Positions 19,210 to 29,100 of a stretch of DNA of 64,000 bases are shown here, piece after piece. The stretch's first letter is position 1. Each line of letters starts with the position of its first letter. Source of the DNA: a virus. Taxonomy: Duplodnaviria; Heunggongvirae; Uroviricota; Caudoviricetes; Crassvirales. Both the position numbers and the translations under genes were made by a program. Below the pieces are notes generated by a model that was given only the letters and a program-made list of their open reading frames with translations, did not search any database and was not told the DNA's origin. The DNA lies in the IMG/VR virus record IMGVR_UViG_3300028048_000093; one strand, written 5' to 3'.

Positions 19210-20469
19210 TTACTCGTTCTTTATTCTCATTGATATACCATCATAGGCAGTGAAGAAAGGCAAACTCCTGATAGGGGCATTTACCAATTCATTGGCTACG
19301 AAGTTAGTGAAGAGATTGACCATGATACTACCTATCATATTAGCCATGTAGGTAGTCTGCTTGTAGGAGCATACAGTCTCATCAGCCTCCTCATCTGAGA
19401 AGAGAAACTCCTCTGAATACTTCTTCAGTGCAGGAGCATTGTCACCAGTGATACAGATGACCTGCAAATCCTCTGCTGCCAGTCTGCCATCAATGAACAG
19501 GCAATGTCTTCTCTCCTCAACTGGCTTATTGATTACATGAGTCATCCACTTATTGAAGAAGAGCTTTCTTGCTGACATATTGTCAAAGCCACATATCATA
19601 ATGTCAGATGCAGAAGACTCCATTGTAAATCTCTGATTCACAGAGAATACACTGTTATAGTCTGCATAGTTCTGTACAGCTCTTGCAAGTGCATCCACCT
19701 TATAGTTGCCTATATCAGACTTACCATAGAACTGACCTGACATATTGACAGCTTCAACTCTATCATCATCATAGATATAGACAGCCTTAGGATTCATCCT
19801 AGCAAGCAGGAAACCAACATAGGAACCTATACCTCCTACTCCAGCCAATGTAACCACCTTCTCCTGAATGGCATTATACCACATAGCTCCACTAAACCTT
19901 GCAGTATTCTCCTTCACTTCTATGGAACCAGAGTTCTCACTCAGCAATTCTGAGAGATTTGCCATGATACCCAATGCTGTAAGGTACTCCATTTCCTCAT
20001 CTGAGAAATTGGTCTCAGGATATGGGTCAGGATTGTTGAAATGTGCAGTATAGAAACTGCCCACTTGGGTCTCATCAGCATCATTCTCCATCAGATTCAT
20101 AAACTCCTCAATCTCAAAGAGCTGTTCGTCTGTGACAAACACCCTGTGGGTATTACCATCATAAGTCCACTGGAATACCTTGATAGGTTCAGCACTGAAA
20201 GGAACTCTTATAGACTCATGGTCAATGACTGCCTCATCATCATTATAATAGTTGCTGTTAATGAACCTGAATAGCAATATCATCATGTCCCTAGTGAGAG
20301 GTACAGCACTGGCTGGTGTGCCTCTGAGTTCGTACACCATACTTACTACATGGTTGGTTACAAAGTTCCTAGTATAGAAACCTCTGCCATCAAATATTTC
20401 CTGTGATGCAGCATACTCATGGAGTTCCACATCACCTATTGTCCTGAGTTCAGATATACTCTTTAACAT
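19210..20469 (-). CDS. E1/ThiF/MoeB-like adenylyltransferase-fold protein with ~190-aa N-terminal extension
   Basis: Rossmann motif VVTLAGVGGIGSYVGFLLARMNPKAVYIYDDDRVEAVNMSGQFY matches the ThiF/E1 nucleotide-binding block. No CxxC zinc motifs and no Cys in the N-terminal domain. Confidence 0.7.
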   Translation of the reverse strand: MLKSISELRTIGDVELHEYAASQEIFDGRGFYTRNFVTNHVVSMVYELRGTPASAVPLTRDMMILLFRFINSNYYNDDEAVIDHESIRVPFSAEPIKVFQWTYDGNTHRVFVTDEQLFEIEEFMNLMENDADETQVGSFYTAHFNNPDPYPETNFSDEEMEYLTALGIMANLSELLSENSGSIEVKENTARFSGAMWYNAIQEKVVTLAGVGGIGSYVGFLLARMNPKAVYIYDDDRVEAVNMSGQFYGKSDIGNYKVDALARAVQNYADYNSVFSVNQRFTMESSASDIMICGFDNMSARKLFFNKWMTHVINKPVEERRHCLFIDGRLAAEDLQVICITGDNAPALKKYSEEFLFSDEEADETVCSYKQTTYMANMIGSIMVNLFTNFVANELVNAPIRSLPFFTAYDGISMRIKNE

Positions 20470-21769
20470 TGCTCATATAGGTATAAAGTTCTTCAATCAT
20501 CATTTCCTTAACAAGGCTGTCAGGCAAGTCCTCAAGGAATCTTACCATGTCATAGGCACATACTTCCACAATGTCTGATTCATCATAGTCAGTGCCATGC
20601 AGGTTAAATACCCTTTCTTCAAGGGCTTCATCCCTAGTCCATACAAGCAGCTCCACAAACTGTTCAAGCCAGCTTTCAAGAGCTTCATAGTTCTCTTTCT
20701 CCTTCAAGTCTCCAAACCTCTTCTCATAGAGTCCGTCCATCTTCTTAACCCACTCTTCAAGGTCGATATTGTTGTTCTCATCAACGAGAATACAGCCTGT
20801 GAGCAACTGGGTACATAAAGACTTAATGAGGTTCTCATCAAAGGATTCTGTGAGTGCCAAGGGATAGGGGAGTTGTTCTTTTCCCTCCATTTCGGGAAAT
20901 AAGTTGCCTTGAACAGGCTCCTTCTCCTGTTTGACAAGGTTCTTCTCTGGTGTCTTTTCCTCATGTGAGAAAGCAACACCTGACCTTACATTAGCAGGCT
21001 CATGTATTTCCTGCCTTGTAGGGACTATCACAGCAGGTCTGTAGCCTCCTCCATTATAACTGGTGACTACTGGCTTCTTCTTGTTTCTGATAGCACTCAA
21101 CCTTGCATCCACATCCTTGAATTTCTCCTCTACTGTAGCCTTGACTATCTCAAGTGGGAACCATTCAATTATTGTGGTCTCCTTCTCATCACTGGTGTCC
21201 TTTGTGGTGACTTTACCCTGTGACAAAGGCACAACGGTGTTCTCGAATGAATTGTAGAATGAGTCCTCTGTGTAGACAATATGAGCCTCTGCTTTCACCT
21301 TCCTGACCAACTTTCTTGTGATTCTGGCAGTATATGTGCCAGCATTATTCACAATGAGTGATACAAAGTGAGTGACATCACTGCCCTCTTGTTTCAGGGT
21401 ATTGAGGTCTGTTCCACTGAAGAATGTAGCCATATTGTTGTGAGAGTGGATAAGACCCTCATAGACACCAGGCTGTAACAATAGACCCCTGTTAGCTACC
21501 CTATAGGCAATAATCTCAGGGCTATCATCATAGTCTGTGAATCCAGCAGAGCCAATGTCCATTACAAAGATGTCAAGGCAAATAACCTTGAATGTACCAT
21601 CTTCCATAGAACCTTCAACCTTATAGAACAGAGTACCTGACCATTCTACATCATGTACTCGGCTGCAAAGATGCCTGATTTTAGCCTCTACAGGCTCAGG
21701 AATCTCAATCTTAAAGGTAGAGGCACCTTGAGCCATTTCCACCTTCTCTTGTTTCTTTTTCTCTTCCAT
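20450..21769 (-). CDS. JAB/MPN (JAMM) metalloprotease-domain protein with long acidic C-terminal region
   Basis: HSHNNMATFFSGTD gives a perfect JAMM motif (HxHx7Sx2D). Confidence 0.7.
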   Translation of the reverse strand: MEEKKKQEKVEMAQGASTFKIEIPEPVEAKIRHLCSRVHDVEWSGTLFYKVEGSMEDGTFKVICLDIFVMDIGSAGFTDYDDSPEIIAYRVANRGLLLQPGVYEGLIHSHNNMATFFSGTDLNTLKQEGSDVTHFVSLIVNNAGTYTARITRKLVRKVKAEAHIVYTEDSFYNSFENTVVPLSQGKVTTKDTSDEKETTIIEWFPLEIVKATVEEKFKDVDARLSAIRNKKKPVVTSYNGGGYRPAVIVPTRQEIHEPANVRSGVAFSHEEKTPEKNLVKQEKEPVQGNLFPEMEGKEQLPYPLALTESFDENLIKSLCTQLLTGCILVDENNNIDLEEWVKKMDGLYEKRFGDLKEKENYEALESWLEQFVELLVWTRDEALEERVFNLHGTDYDESDIVEVCAYDMVRFLEDLPDSLVKEMMIEELYTYMSNVKEYI

Positions 21770-23027
21770 ATCTGTAATTGATTACTTCAATAGCTTTTGT
21801 TAATATGTAATGGAGCAAGTTAATATCAACCAATATGGTGGTGTTACTTGCAGTCGCAGCTGTTCTGTCAAGGAAATGTAATCTCTGCATTTCTCCCTTG
21901 AACATGAACATTTCTTTACCTTCAAGCCTCTCAATATCCTGAATCCTGTTACCTATGGCAGCATTATAGACCATTCCATTGGCAATATAGTACTCATTGA
22001 TAAGACCTGAACTGAATAACCTGTCCTTGTGTATTGCTACTCTTTGTTCCCTTATGTTCTTGTTGTGCCACTTAATGAACTCATTGCTCACTCTTATCCA
22101 AAGACCAAGCAAATCCTCACCAAGTGTATATCCTCCATTCCTATAAGTGAACTTGATGTGTCCATTCTTCAAGAAATCAAGAACAAATGGCTGTAGCATA
22201 TCAGCATAATAACAGTCATAGTAGTCCTTAAGTGAACCTTTCCATTTAGGAGCTTCCAATTTAATGAGATTGTCTTGGTTGCTTCCTATATTCTCCAGCC
22301 TTCTGTAGGGAGTGCCAGCTATGGATTCAACTGTAACATACTTGGCTATCTCAAATGAGTATAAGCCCCACACATTGATGTCATACCTGCCACTTAGTGT
22401 TCTTATGGTGTTATTAATTGGTCCACTACCTGTGCATGGCCTGTAGAAACCTTCAGTATTGATACCAGGCAAATGTGAATGTGCATAGCCACTCAGCCAC
22501 TGGTCTGATGGGTAGGTAGTCCTTGCCATGTTGAACCTTTCATAGGTCTTTCCCTCTAGGGTAACAGGGACTCTTACAAACAGGTCATAGATTACTGTAC
22601 TCTTATCATACTCATTGGTGACTGTCACCTCTGGGAACCTTATGGTAATAAGGAAAGCCTTTTTGTCAATATTAGGGCTGTGCATCTGAACAACCTCTAG
22701 GATATGGTCTCTAATTACTGGTGTCAGATAGTCTATGATGCCTAAATCAGGAAGATATTCAAAGAAAGTCTTTCCTCTTCCATGAGCCTCATAGTCTTCC
22801 CTATTAAGGGTATAACTACCATACTCATTACTGTCTGCCCACCTTCTGATGCCCAGATTTCCAAGTGTCTTTTCAGACAACCAGTTTATCAGTTCATCAA
22901 ATGTATATAGAGAGTTATCCACAAGAGGCTCAGTGAACTGGTGCTCAAATACTTCTATGATTGCTTGTGCTCTTACAGTCACATTATCATAGATTCTCCG
23001 AACTCTTTCTCTTGCTTCTTCCGTCAT
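21711..23027 (-). CDS. hypothetical protein (438 aa)
   Basis: ORF track entry. Contains HSHLPGINTEGFYRPC, which could be a Cys active site. Terminator at 23028-23075 upstream. Confidence 0.5.
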   Translation of the reverse strand: MTEEARERVRRIYDNVTVRAQAIIEVFEHQFTEPLVDNSLYTFDELINWLSEKTLGNLGIRRWADSNEYGSYTLNREDYEAHGRGKTFFEYLPDLGIIDYLTPVIRDHILEVVQMHSPNIDKKAFLITIRFPEVTVTNEYDKSTVIYDLFVRVPVTLEGKTYERFNMARTTYPSDQWLSGYAHSHLPGINTEGFYRPCTGSGPINNTIRTLSGRYDINVWGLYSFEIAKYVTVESIAGTPYRRLENIGSNQDNLIKLEAPKWKGSLKDYYDCYYADMLQPFVLDFLKNGHIKFTYRNGGYTLGEDLLGLWIRVSNEFIKWHNKNIREQRVAIHKDRLFSSGLINEYYIANGMVYNAAIGNRIQDIERLEGKEMFMFKGEMQRLHFLDRTAATASNTTILVDINLLHYILTKAIEVINYRYGREKETREGGNGSRCLYL

Positions 23028-23075
23028 TTTCTATACATAAAAAAAAAGAAGGGGCAGGGCATTTCTGTCCTACCC
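23028..23075 (-). terminator. rho-independent terminator abutting next start codon
   Basis: Minus-strand AAGGGGTAGGACAGAAATGCCCTGCCCCTT followed by T9. Confidence 0.5.
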
Positions 23076-23094
23076 CTTCTAGTCTGTTGGATTC

Positions 23095-23811
23095 TTATTT
23101 CATACCTCTGAACATATTGTCCAGCTCTGCCTTAGAGTAGATACCTCCCTTAGGAGCAGGCAGTTCAGCACCAACAATGTCAGCAATCTTCTTGCCATCA
23201 GCAAGAGACAGATGACCATTGTTAATCAGGCAGCCAACCAGCTCAACAAGACCAGCGATGGCCTTGCACTTCTCCTCTTCTCCCTTCTTGCAGCCAGGAG
23301 CAGCAGGCTGTTCAACCTTCTTCTCTGTCTTGGGAGCAGGCTTTTCAGCCTCAGCCTTAGGAGCAGGAGCAGCGGCCTTCTTCTCGGCCTTCTCAACCTC
23401 AGCAATCAGGTCAGCGGTCTTACACATAGTAAAGTTCTTACCATACTTCTTGGCAATGACCTCCTGCAAGCCCAGCTTCTTTACAGCTGCATAAGCCTCA
23501 GGTCTTGACATAGCACCTGAGTTGATGTGCTTCTGAGCCTTGGTCAGTCTGAACACAAGGTCATTGGTGATAGTTCCATTATAAGGAACATCGTGAGGCA
23601 GGATAGCATCATCAGTCTTGAACTCAATACCTGACACACCTTCCTGAATGGTCTTGTTCTCTACGTTGAAACCAGCAGCACGAAGGTCTCTCTTCAATTC
23701 TGCTACTGTGGTTGCTGTGGACTCAATTACCTTAGTCACCTGACTGTCGGTGTCCATAATTGTAAAACTTCTTGGATTCATTGTTTTTTTTTTTTCGTTA
23801 ATGGAAATCAA
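23095..23811 (-). CDS. hypothetical protein with K/A/P-rich low-complexity linker
   Basis: APAPKAEAEKPAPKTEKK linker. The likely start is the second M (MNPRSF, 23780), just after an A13 tract. Confidence 0.5.
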   Translation of the reverse strand: MISINEKKKTMNPRSFTIMDTDSQVTKVIESTATTVAELKRDLRAAGFNVENKTIQEGVSGIEFKTDDAILPHDVPYNGTITNDLVFRLTKAQKHINSGAMSRPEAYAAVKKLGLQEVIAKKYGKNFTMCKTADLIAEVEKAEKKAAAPAPKAEAEKPAPKTEKKVEQPAAPGCKKGEEEKCKAIAGLVELVGCLINNGHLSLADGKKIADIVGAELPAPKGGIYSKAELDNMFRGMK

Positions 23812-23829
23812 AACTTTTCTCTCTTTGGT

Positions 23830-24855
23830 CTAGAAGGGTAAAGCATAAGGGTCATTGTCTCTGTCAGCCTCGTCAAAAAGACTTAACAGGGTAACACGGA
23901 ATTTATTTTGGCCCAGAGACTTATACATATCTGACACATCTTTGCCCCCTTCAAAGGGTGGTAGAGTGATGTTGGTGAAGCCAGTCTGTTCTGACAGCTT
24001 CTTACCATCTGTTAGTCCAGCCTCATCATTGTCAAAGAGAATATACACATTAGTGAACCTTCTCTTCAACTCTGATATGGCAGTATCACTCATTCCATAA
24101 CCTTCACCTTGGACAGCAACAGCAGGAATACCTGTGTTTGCCCATAAGCATAAGGCATCTTTAAGTGATGAGCAGATGACCACTCTCTCACCACTTTCAG
24201 GAATTTTGGTCCACAGGCTTATGACACTCCTGTCATGCTTATTAGACCACTTATAACCAGCCTTGTTATATGGCTGGTAAATCTTCAAAGTAACTTTCCC
24301 CTCCTTATGCTCAACATAAGCATAGGCAAGTTTGTCAGCACCAAGTACATACCTATTGCCACCTGATACAATAATCTTGTGGGATATAGGATAGACCTCT
24401 GCATACTTAAGCCACTCCAAAGGAACACCATAGGATGCCCAATAGTCAATATCATACTGCCTCCACTCTCTGACTTTGCACTCCATTTCACTATCATTCC
24501 TATGGGAAGTAATGTCCTGAATTGCACAAGGCACATAATCTTTGACTGTTGCTCCTGCTGTAAACTTTTTCATGTCTTGTTGTATTCTATTGAGAACTTG
24601 CCTGTAGTTGCAATGCCACAATTTAGAGAGGAGGTCAAATATGCCCCCTCTCTCTTTTGTAGCAAGGTCAACCCAGTAAATCCTCGTACCATTATTTGAG
24701 TAAAGCCCAAATGAAGGTCTCCTATCTTGTCTCAATGGACTTGAAATAATACAGGGAACCTCACTTACTCCTAGGTAATAGGACACTAAATCTGCATCCG
24801 AAACCTTAGCCTTAATCTCATCAAATGTAACAGAGTTATTACCAGTGCTGAACAT
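23830..24855 (-). CDS. DnaG-like DNA primase (Toprim domain)
   Basis: Toprim acidic motif ILFDNDEAGLTDGKK. The N-terminus (PSFGLY) resembles a degenerate DnaG zinc-finger region. Confidence 0.6.
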   Translation of the reverse strand: MFSTGNNSVTFDEIKAKVSDADLVSYYLGVSEVPCIISSPLRQDRRPSFGLYSNNGTRIYWVDLATKERGGIFDLLSKLWHCNYRQVLNRIQQDMKKFTAGATVKDYVPCAIQDITSHRNDSEMECKVREWRQYDIDYWASYGVPLEWLKYAEVYPISHKIIVSGGNRYVLGADKLAYAYVEHKEGKVTLKIYQPYNKAGYKWSNKHDRSVISLWTKIPESGERVVICSSLKDALCLWANTGIPAVAVQGEGYGMSDTAISELKRRFTNVYILFDNDEAGLTDGKKLSEQTGFTNITLPPFEGGKDVSDMYKSLGQNKFRVTLLSLFDEADRDNDPYALPF

Positions 24856-24877
24856 AATTTATATCTTTAAGAGTTAG

Positions 24878-25819
24878 TTACTTCTGTTGACCCCAAGGTG
24901 TCTGTCCCTGACTAGCAGGAGGGAATGGCATTGCACCAGCAGCAGGCTGTGCAAAGTTAGTACCCTCTACCACATACTCATGCAGGTCTGTGCAATCAAA
25001 CTCAGAGTTGGTCATAGCACCAGCCTCCTGTGTCTGCTTTACATCAGCATCAAGCTTGCTGTAGTCAGTTACATTGTTCTTCAAGAACATCCTTGTATAG
25101 GCAGTCTGGTACTGTTTGTTGTCATCAGTTGTCCTGATACCAAACAGAATCTTCAGCTTGTTGTTAGGCTGATAGCCCAGGATAGTGGAAATCTCAGTGA
25201 AGTCACCCTTGAAGTAATCTTCAATGTGCTCCAGTGTAGCCTCACTATCAGGCAGCTTAGTAGCATCCTGCCATACATACTTGTTCTCGTCCTTCACAAA
25301 CTTGAGAGGAGAAGGGATATTCAGGTAGGCAATCAGGAACTTGATAAGGTCTTCCTCACCATAATAGGCAGGTCTGTAGTCCTTGTCAATGTTAGCAGGG
25401 CCATTGCTATACATAGGAATGACATGGTTCTTTGCATCTTCCACACCAACCCAAGCAGTGTTACCATACTTGTCAATCACCTGTACCTTAGTCTGGTCTC
25501 TGTTATACCTGTACTCCTTCCTGATGAACAAAGATACCTTACTGATGAAGTCCAAAGGCTCACCAGCACCATCCTTGTACTTTTCAGGGTCTGCCTTGGT
25601 GATGAAATCAAGCCTTACCTGAGGAACTTTCCTCTTGTTGCCCTCTTCACCAACCTCAGCCTCACCTACATACTCAGGTGCGCTTTCCAGTTCACGACCA
25701 TACAGCTTCTCCAGCTCTTCCTTGGTTGGGTTCACACCAATAATGAATACACTGGCTACACCAATGAATCTTTTGATTGAACCACCTTCCGTACTTACTT
25801 GACCTTTACCAAATGCCAT
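24878..25819 (-). CDS. hypothetical protein (313 aa), possibly ssDNA-binding
   Basis: Sits between the primase and the Sak4-like ATPase. No motif seen, so the function is only a positional guess. Confidence 0.4.
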   Translation of the reverse strand: MAFGKGQVSTEGGSIKRFIGVASVFIIGVNPTKEELEKLYGRELESAPEYVGEAEVGEEGNKRKVPQVRLDFITKADPEKYKDGAGEPLDFISKVSLFIRKEYRYNRDQTKVQVIDKYGNTAWVGVEDAKNHVIPMYSNGPANIDKDYRPAYYGEEDLIKFLIAYLNIPSPLKFVKDENKYVWQDATKLPDSEATLEHIEDYFKGDFTEISTILGYQPNNKLKILFGIRTTDDNKQYQTAYTRMFLKNNVTDYSKLDADVKQTQEAGAMTNSEFDCTDLHEYVVEGTNFAQPAAGAMPFPPASQGQTPWGQQK

Positions 25820-25838
25820 AGTATTACAGCTTTATTGG

Positions 25839-26252
25839 TTAGTCAATAGGAGCTTCTTCACCAGGAGCTTCTGTACCTGCACCCTCTGTACCCTCAGGTG
25901 CCTCTGTGCTCTCAGGAGCAGCCTCTTCTGCGGGAGGAACAAGTGTGTCAGGAACAAGTGTGTCAGGGTACTTAAGTGCCCACTTGGTCAGCTTGATGGG
26001 CTTGCCATCCTTGTCAACCTTACCAGTGTCCTCCACAGTTCTCACTACCAAGTCTTCAGTGGTGTAACCACCAGTAGCCTCCTTGATAGGAGCCTCATAG
26101 GTGTCCAACTGAATCTGGATTGAAGCCAACTCCTTCTGTCTCTCTTCGATTTCCTCGTTGAGCTTCTGTTTTCTCCTTACAAGGGGAGATACATTCTGAG
26201 CAGTCCTCTTGATTGAAGCTGCCAGAAACTTGTTGATTTTCTTTTCTGCCAT
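25839..26252 (-). CDS. hypothetical protein (137 aa), acidic P/E/A-rich tail
   Basis: ORF track entry. Confidence 0.45.
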   Translation of the reverse strand: MAEKKINKFLAASIKRTAQNVSPLVRRKQKLNEEIEERQKELASIQIQLDTYEAPIKEATGGYTTEDLVVRTVEDTGKVDKDGKPIKLTKWALKYPDTLVPDTLVPPAEEAAPESTEAPEGTEGAGTEAPGEEAPID

Positions 26253-26264
26253 AATGTTAATGAT

Positions 26265-26561
26265 TTAATATATTAAAACTACTACCCTCTTGTTGGCATC
26301 AAGGGGGCTTGGATTCTTGTAGATGTAATTGATGCTGTGCTCTCTCCTATACTCTTCAAAGATGTGGGACAGACAGTGAGGAATAGCACCCCTCTCTTGT
26401 TCATACAGATGTATAGTGAACTTCCCTATTCTAGTGGCATCTATACCTCTTTCATTGAGATAGTTCATTATCAGGTTGCTTGATTCATCATCTGTCAGTC
26501 CAGCACCCCAGAATTTGTAAAGGAGTTCTATCACCTTACCTCTATCCATTGTAGTAGGCAT
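26265..26561 (-). CDS. hypothetical protein (98 aa)
   Basis: ORF track entry. Confidence 0.4.
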   Translation of the reverse strand: MPTTMDRGKVIELLYKFWGAGLTDDESSNLIMNYLNERGIDATRIGKFTIHLYEQERGAIPHCLSHIFEEYRREHSINYIYKNPSPLDANKRVVVLIY

Positions 26562-27255
26562 TTACCTTTGCTACCACATAGCCAAGGTCATTGGGGATAT
26601 ACAGCTCCTCGAACATTCCATAAGGAGACTTTGGTGATGCAGTGAACTCATCCTCATTGGTGATGAACTCCTTCACAATCTTCTTTGTGCCTGCATCAAA
26701 CCTGGACCTACCTACAAGGGTGACATCAAACTTGCCCTCAGGTGTGACATATTCATCCACCATCTTGCCAGTTGTCTTCATCTTAAGGTAAACCCTACCA
26801 TCCTGCTGAGGAACTTCCTCACCATGAGCAAGCACTATGATGTTCTTGTCTGAGTCACCATATTTCTCAATGGCAGCAAAGATTTTACCCATGAAGTAAC
26901 CAATCTTCTTGGGAGTGTCCCATCCACCTTTGAGTGCGTTGTCCATGTAGTAGTCCTGCATAAGATAGTTAAAGTCATCCACCACAATATTCTTGAAGGG
27001 ACTCTGCAACAGCTGCTCAATAGCATAGGCTACCTGCTCAGGATTATTGGTGATAACCCTATTGCCATTCTGCATGGCACTAACTTCAGTAACCTTGTAG
27101 AGTTCCCTACTCTTGGGGAATGTAAGAGGCTTGGAAGTGACACTGATTACATAGGTCTCTTCAGGATTCAAACCAATGTGGTTCAAATCAGGAATCTGCC
27201 CAATGCTGAATGTCTTTCCAAATCCACTTTTTGCTAAGACTAAAATTCTACTCAT
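26542..27255 (-). CDS. Sak4-like RecA-fold ATPase (AAA_24-like)
   Basis: Walker A AKSGFGKT and Walker B IVVDDF. Size of about 230 aa is typical of the phage Sak4 family. Confidence 0.5.
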   Translation of the reverse strand: MSRILVLAKSGFGKTFSIGQIPDLNHIGLNPEETYVISVTSKPLTFPKSRELYKVTEVSAMQNGNRVITNNPEQVAYAIEQLLQSPFKNIVVDDFNYLMQDYYMDNALKGGWDTPKKIGYFMGKIFAAIEKYGDSDKNIIVLAHGEEVPQQDGRVYLKMKTTGKMVDEYVTPEGKFDVTLVGRSRFDAGTKKIVKEFITNEDEFTASPKSPYGMFEELYIPNDLGYVVAKVNAYYNG

Positions 27256-27293
27256 GTTTTCTTTTTCTCTTTTTGACCTGCAAAGGTAAGTGT

Positions 27294-28463
27294 TTATTTC
27301 TTCCTGCGCAAGCCATTAACAAATTCCCTTAACCTAAGTATAAAGAATTGCTTTGCTGGCTGTTGCTGTAAACTCTTGAGATAAGCATAGACCTTTCCCA
27401 TTTCAGCTGTGTTGTCAGGCTTTGGGAGTTCAGCCCAGTTACAAGTGGCACCATCAAAGAACAAACCTACTATGCCTCCTAGCTCTCCATCCCTGTTGAC
27501 TAATACTTCCAGTGTCCTGAAATGGTCTTTGAACTTGTCTATGGGATAACCCAGATACTCCTTAAGCCCAAATCTGAATGGACTATAGATACCTAGGACT
27601 ATATTGGCATCATGTGCAGTGTACTTTGTATCACCCAATCCAGCAGTAGTAGGTCTTGTTCTGTTCAACTTGACACTATCCACTGACTCATTATCAGTAT
27701 TCTGCTGCTGAATATTCACAGGAGACTGCATATAGTTGTCTCTGAGTAGGATGCAATATTCACTCCATTTGTCTATGGTCTGTTTCTTTGTGAAACCCCT
27801 TTCAGTATCAATGAGGTTTACAGTATCACCGATGACAAGCACATACTCATCAGGGTCATCAGGCTCATAGTGGTCAAACTTCTGTACCTCTTTCTCAAAG
27901 CCTAGTTCATCCTTGATTTTGATGGTCTTATAAATAACCTTGCCATGCTCCTCGGCATACTTCTTACACTCCTTATACATACCTGTAGGGTTCCTCTCCT
28001 CTGAGAAGATAATGTGGTTTTCCACATACTCGATGATGTCTCTCAGTTCATCTGATTCCAAAAGGTCAAGAATATCCTGAGGGACTGGCTTCTCATTATC
28101 TGAACTTCTGAGGTCTGCTGGACTTATCCTGATGTTACAGTGTCTCAACAACAGCCAAGAATAGAACCTAGTCATAATTCTCTCCTTTGTCTCCTCCAAT
28201 GGGAAATAGATAGCCTTGATTGATACCTTGGTCTTCTTCTCATTGTAGTAGCAATAGAGTAGAGCATCAAAGAGCAAATGAGACATCAACTGAGTCTTAC
28301 CACCTTTTGTAAAGCTGGTTATCAGGTAGTAGGTTGCCTGCTCCCATCCAAGGAAGTCTTGTGCAAACCTTCTGAATGGTGATGGTATGGTATTAATACC
28401 TCCATCTATCAGTCTTTGTCTCCTTTTTCTCAATATTTCCAGTGTTCTGCTTCTCAGACTCAT
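27294..28463 (-). CDS. DnaB-like replicative helicase
   Basis: Walker A TKGGKTQLMSHL and Walker B VLVIGD in a RecA-like C-terminal domain of about 390 aa. Confidence 0.65.
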   Translation of the reverse strand: MSLRSRTLEILRKRRQRLIDGGINTIPSPFRRFAQDFLGWEQATYYLITSFTKGGKTQLMSHLLFDALLYCYYNEKKTKVSIKAIYFPLEETKERIMTRFYSWLLLRHCNIRISPADLRSSDNEKPVPQDILDLLESDELRDIIEYVENHIIFSEERNPTGMYKECKKYAEEHGKVIYKTIKIKDELGFEKEVQKFDHYEPDDPDEYVLVIGDTVNLIDTERGFTKKQTIDKWSEYCILLRDNYMQSPVNIQQQNTDNESVDSVKLNRTRPTTAGLGDTKYTAHDANIVLGIYSPFRFGLKEYLGYPIDKFKDHFRTLEVLVNRDGELGGIVGLFFDGATCNWAELPKPDNTAEMGKVYAYLKSLQQQPAKQFFILRLREFVNGLRRKK

Positions 28464-29098
28464 CTTACACTATCCCTCCAGTTGTCGTTGTCCTCATCCT
28501 GTTGGTCTATGTTGGTCAAATAGTTGTAGAGGTCAGAGGATGGTTCAGCTACTCCATTCCTAGTATCTTCCTTCCAAAGGAAATACTTGAGAACTCTCAT
28601 AAACTGATACTCTCCATTAAAGGACTGGACATACCTCTTAGCAGCATCTACTATTTGGTCATCTGTCCATCTGTTTCCATCCTTATCCTTTCCATACTTC
28701 TCGAAGAACTTATCCAACCTCTTGGCTATGAGGATTGGTCCTTCAGACCATTGCTGGGTTGTACCACGTTTCTTACCCTCAGGGAATACAGCCTTTAGCC
28801 TTTCAGCTAAGGCAAGAAAACCAGCATACTCCTTCTTTCTTTCTGCTTTTGTCTTGGTCATTGACTTTGAGGACTCATGTAGCACATCCTCTAGGATTTG
28901 ACTACCTGTCCTAGTGATTCTCCATCCAGTAACTTTGAACAACTCATCCCTAGTTGCAGTAATGAATCCCTTCTGAACCAATAGGTCTTCTGCCTTAGCT
29001 AAATCCACTTCATTGTGGATAGCTAGCAATAGTAATGCTTCCCCAAGACTAACCCCACTAGACTGACAGGCTTCCTTGTTTAAGCACACTGTAGCCAT
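28460..29098 (-). CDS. hypothetical protein (212 aa)
   Basis: ORF track entry. Confidence 0.45.
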   Translation of the reverse strand: MATVCLNKEACQSSGVSLGEALLLLAIHNEVDLAKAEDLLVQKGFITATRDELFKVTGWRITRTGSQILEDVLHESSKSMTKTKAERKKEYAGFLALAERLKAVFPEGKKRGTTQQWSEGPILIAKRLDKFFEKYGKDKDGNRWTDDQIVDAAKRYVQSFNGEYQFMRVLKYFLWKEDTRNGVAEPSSDLYNYLTNIDQQDEDNDNWRDSVR

Positions 29099-29100
29099 AT

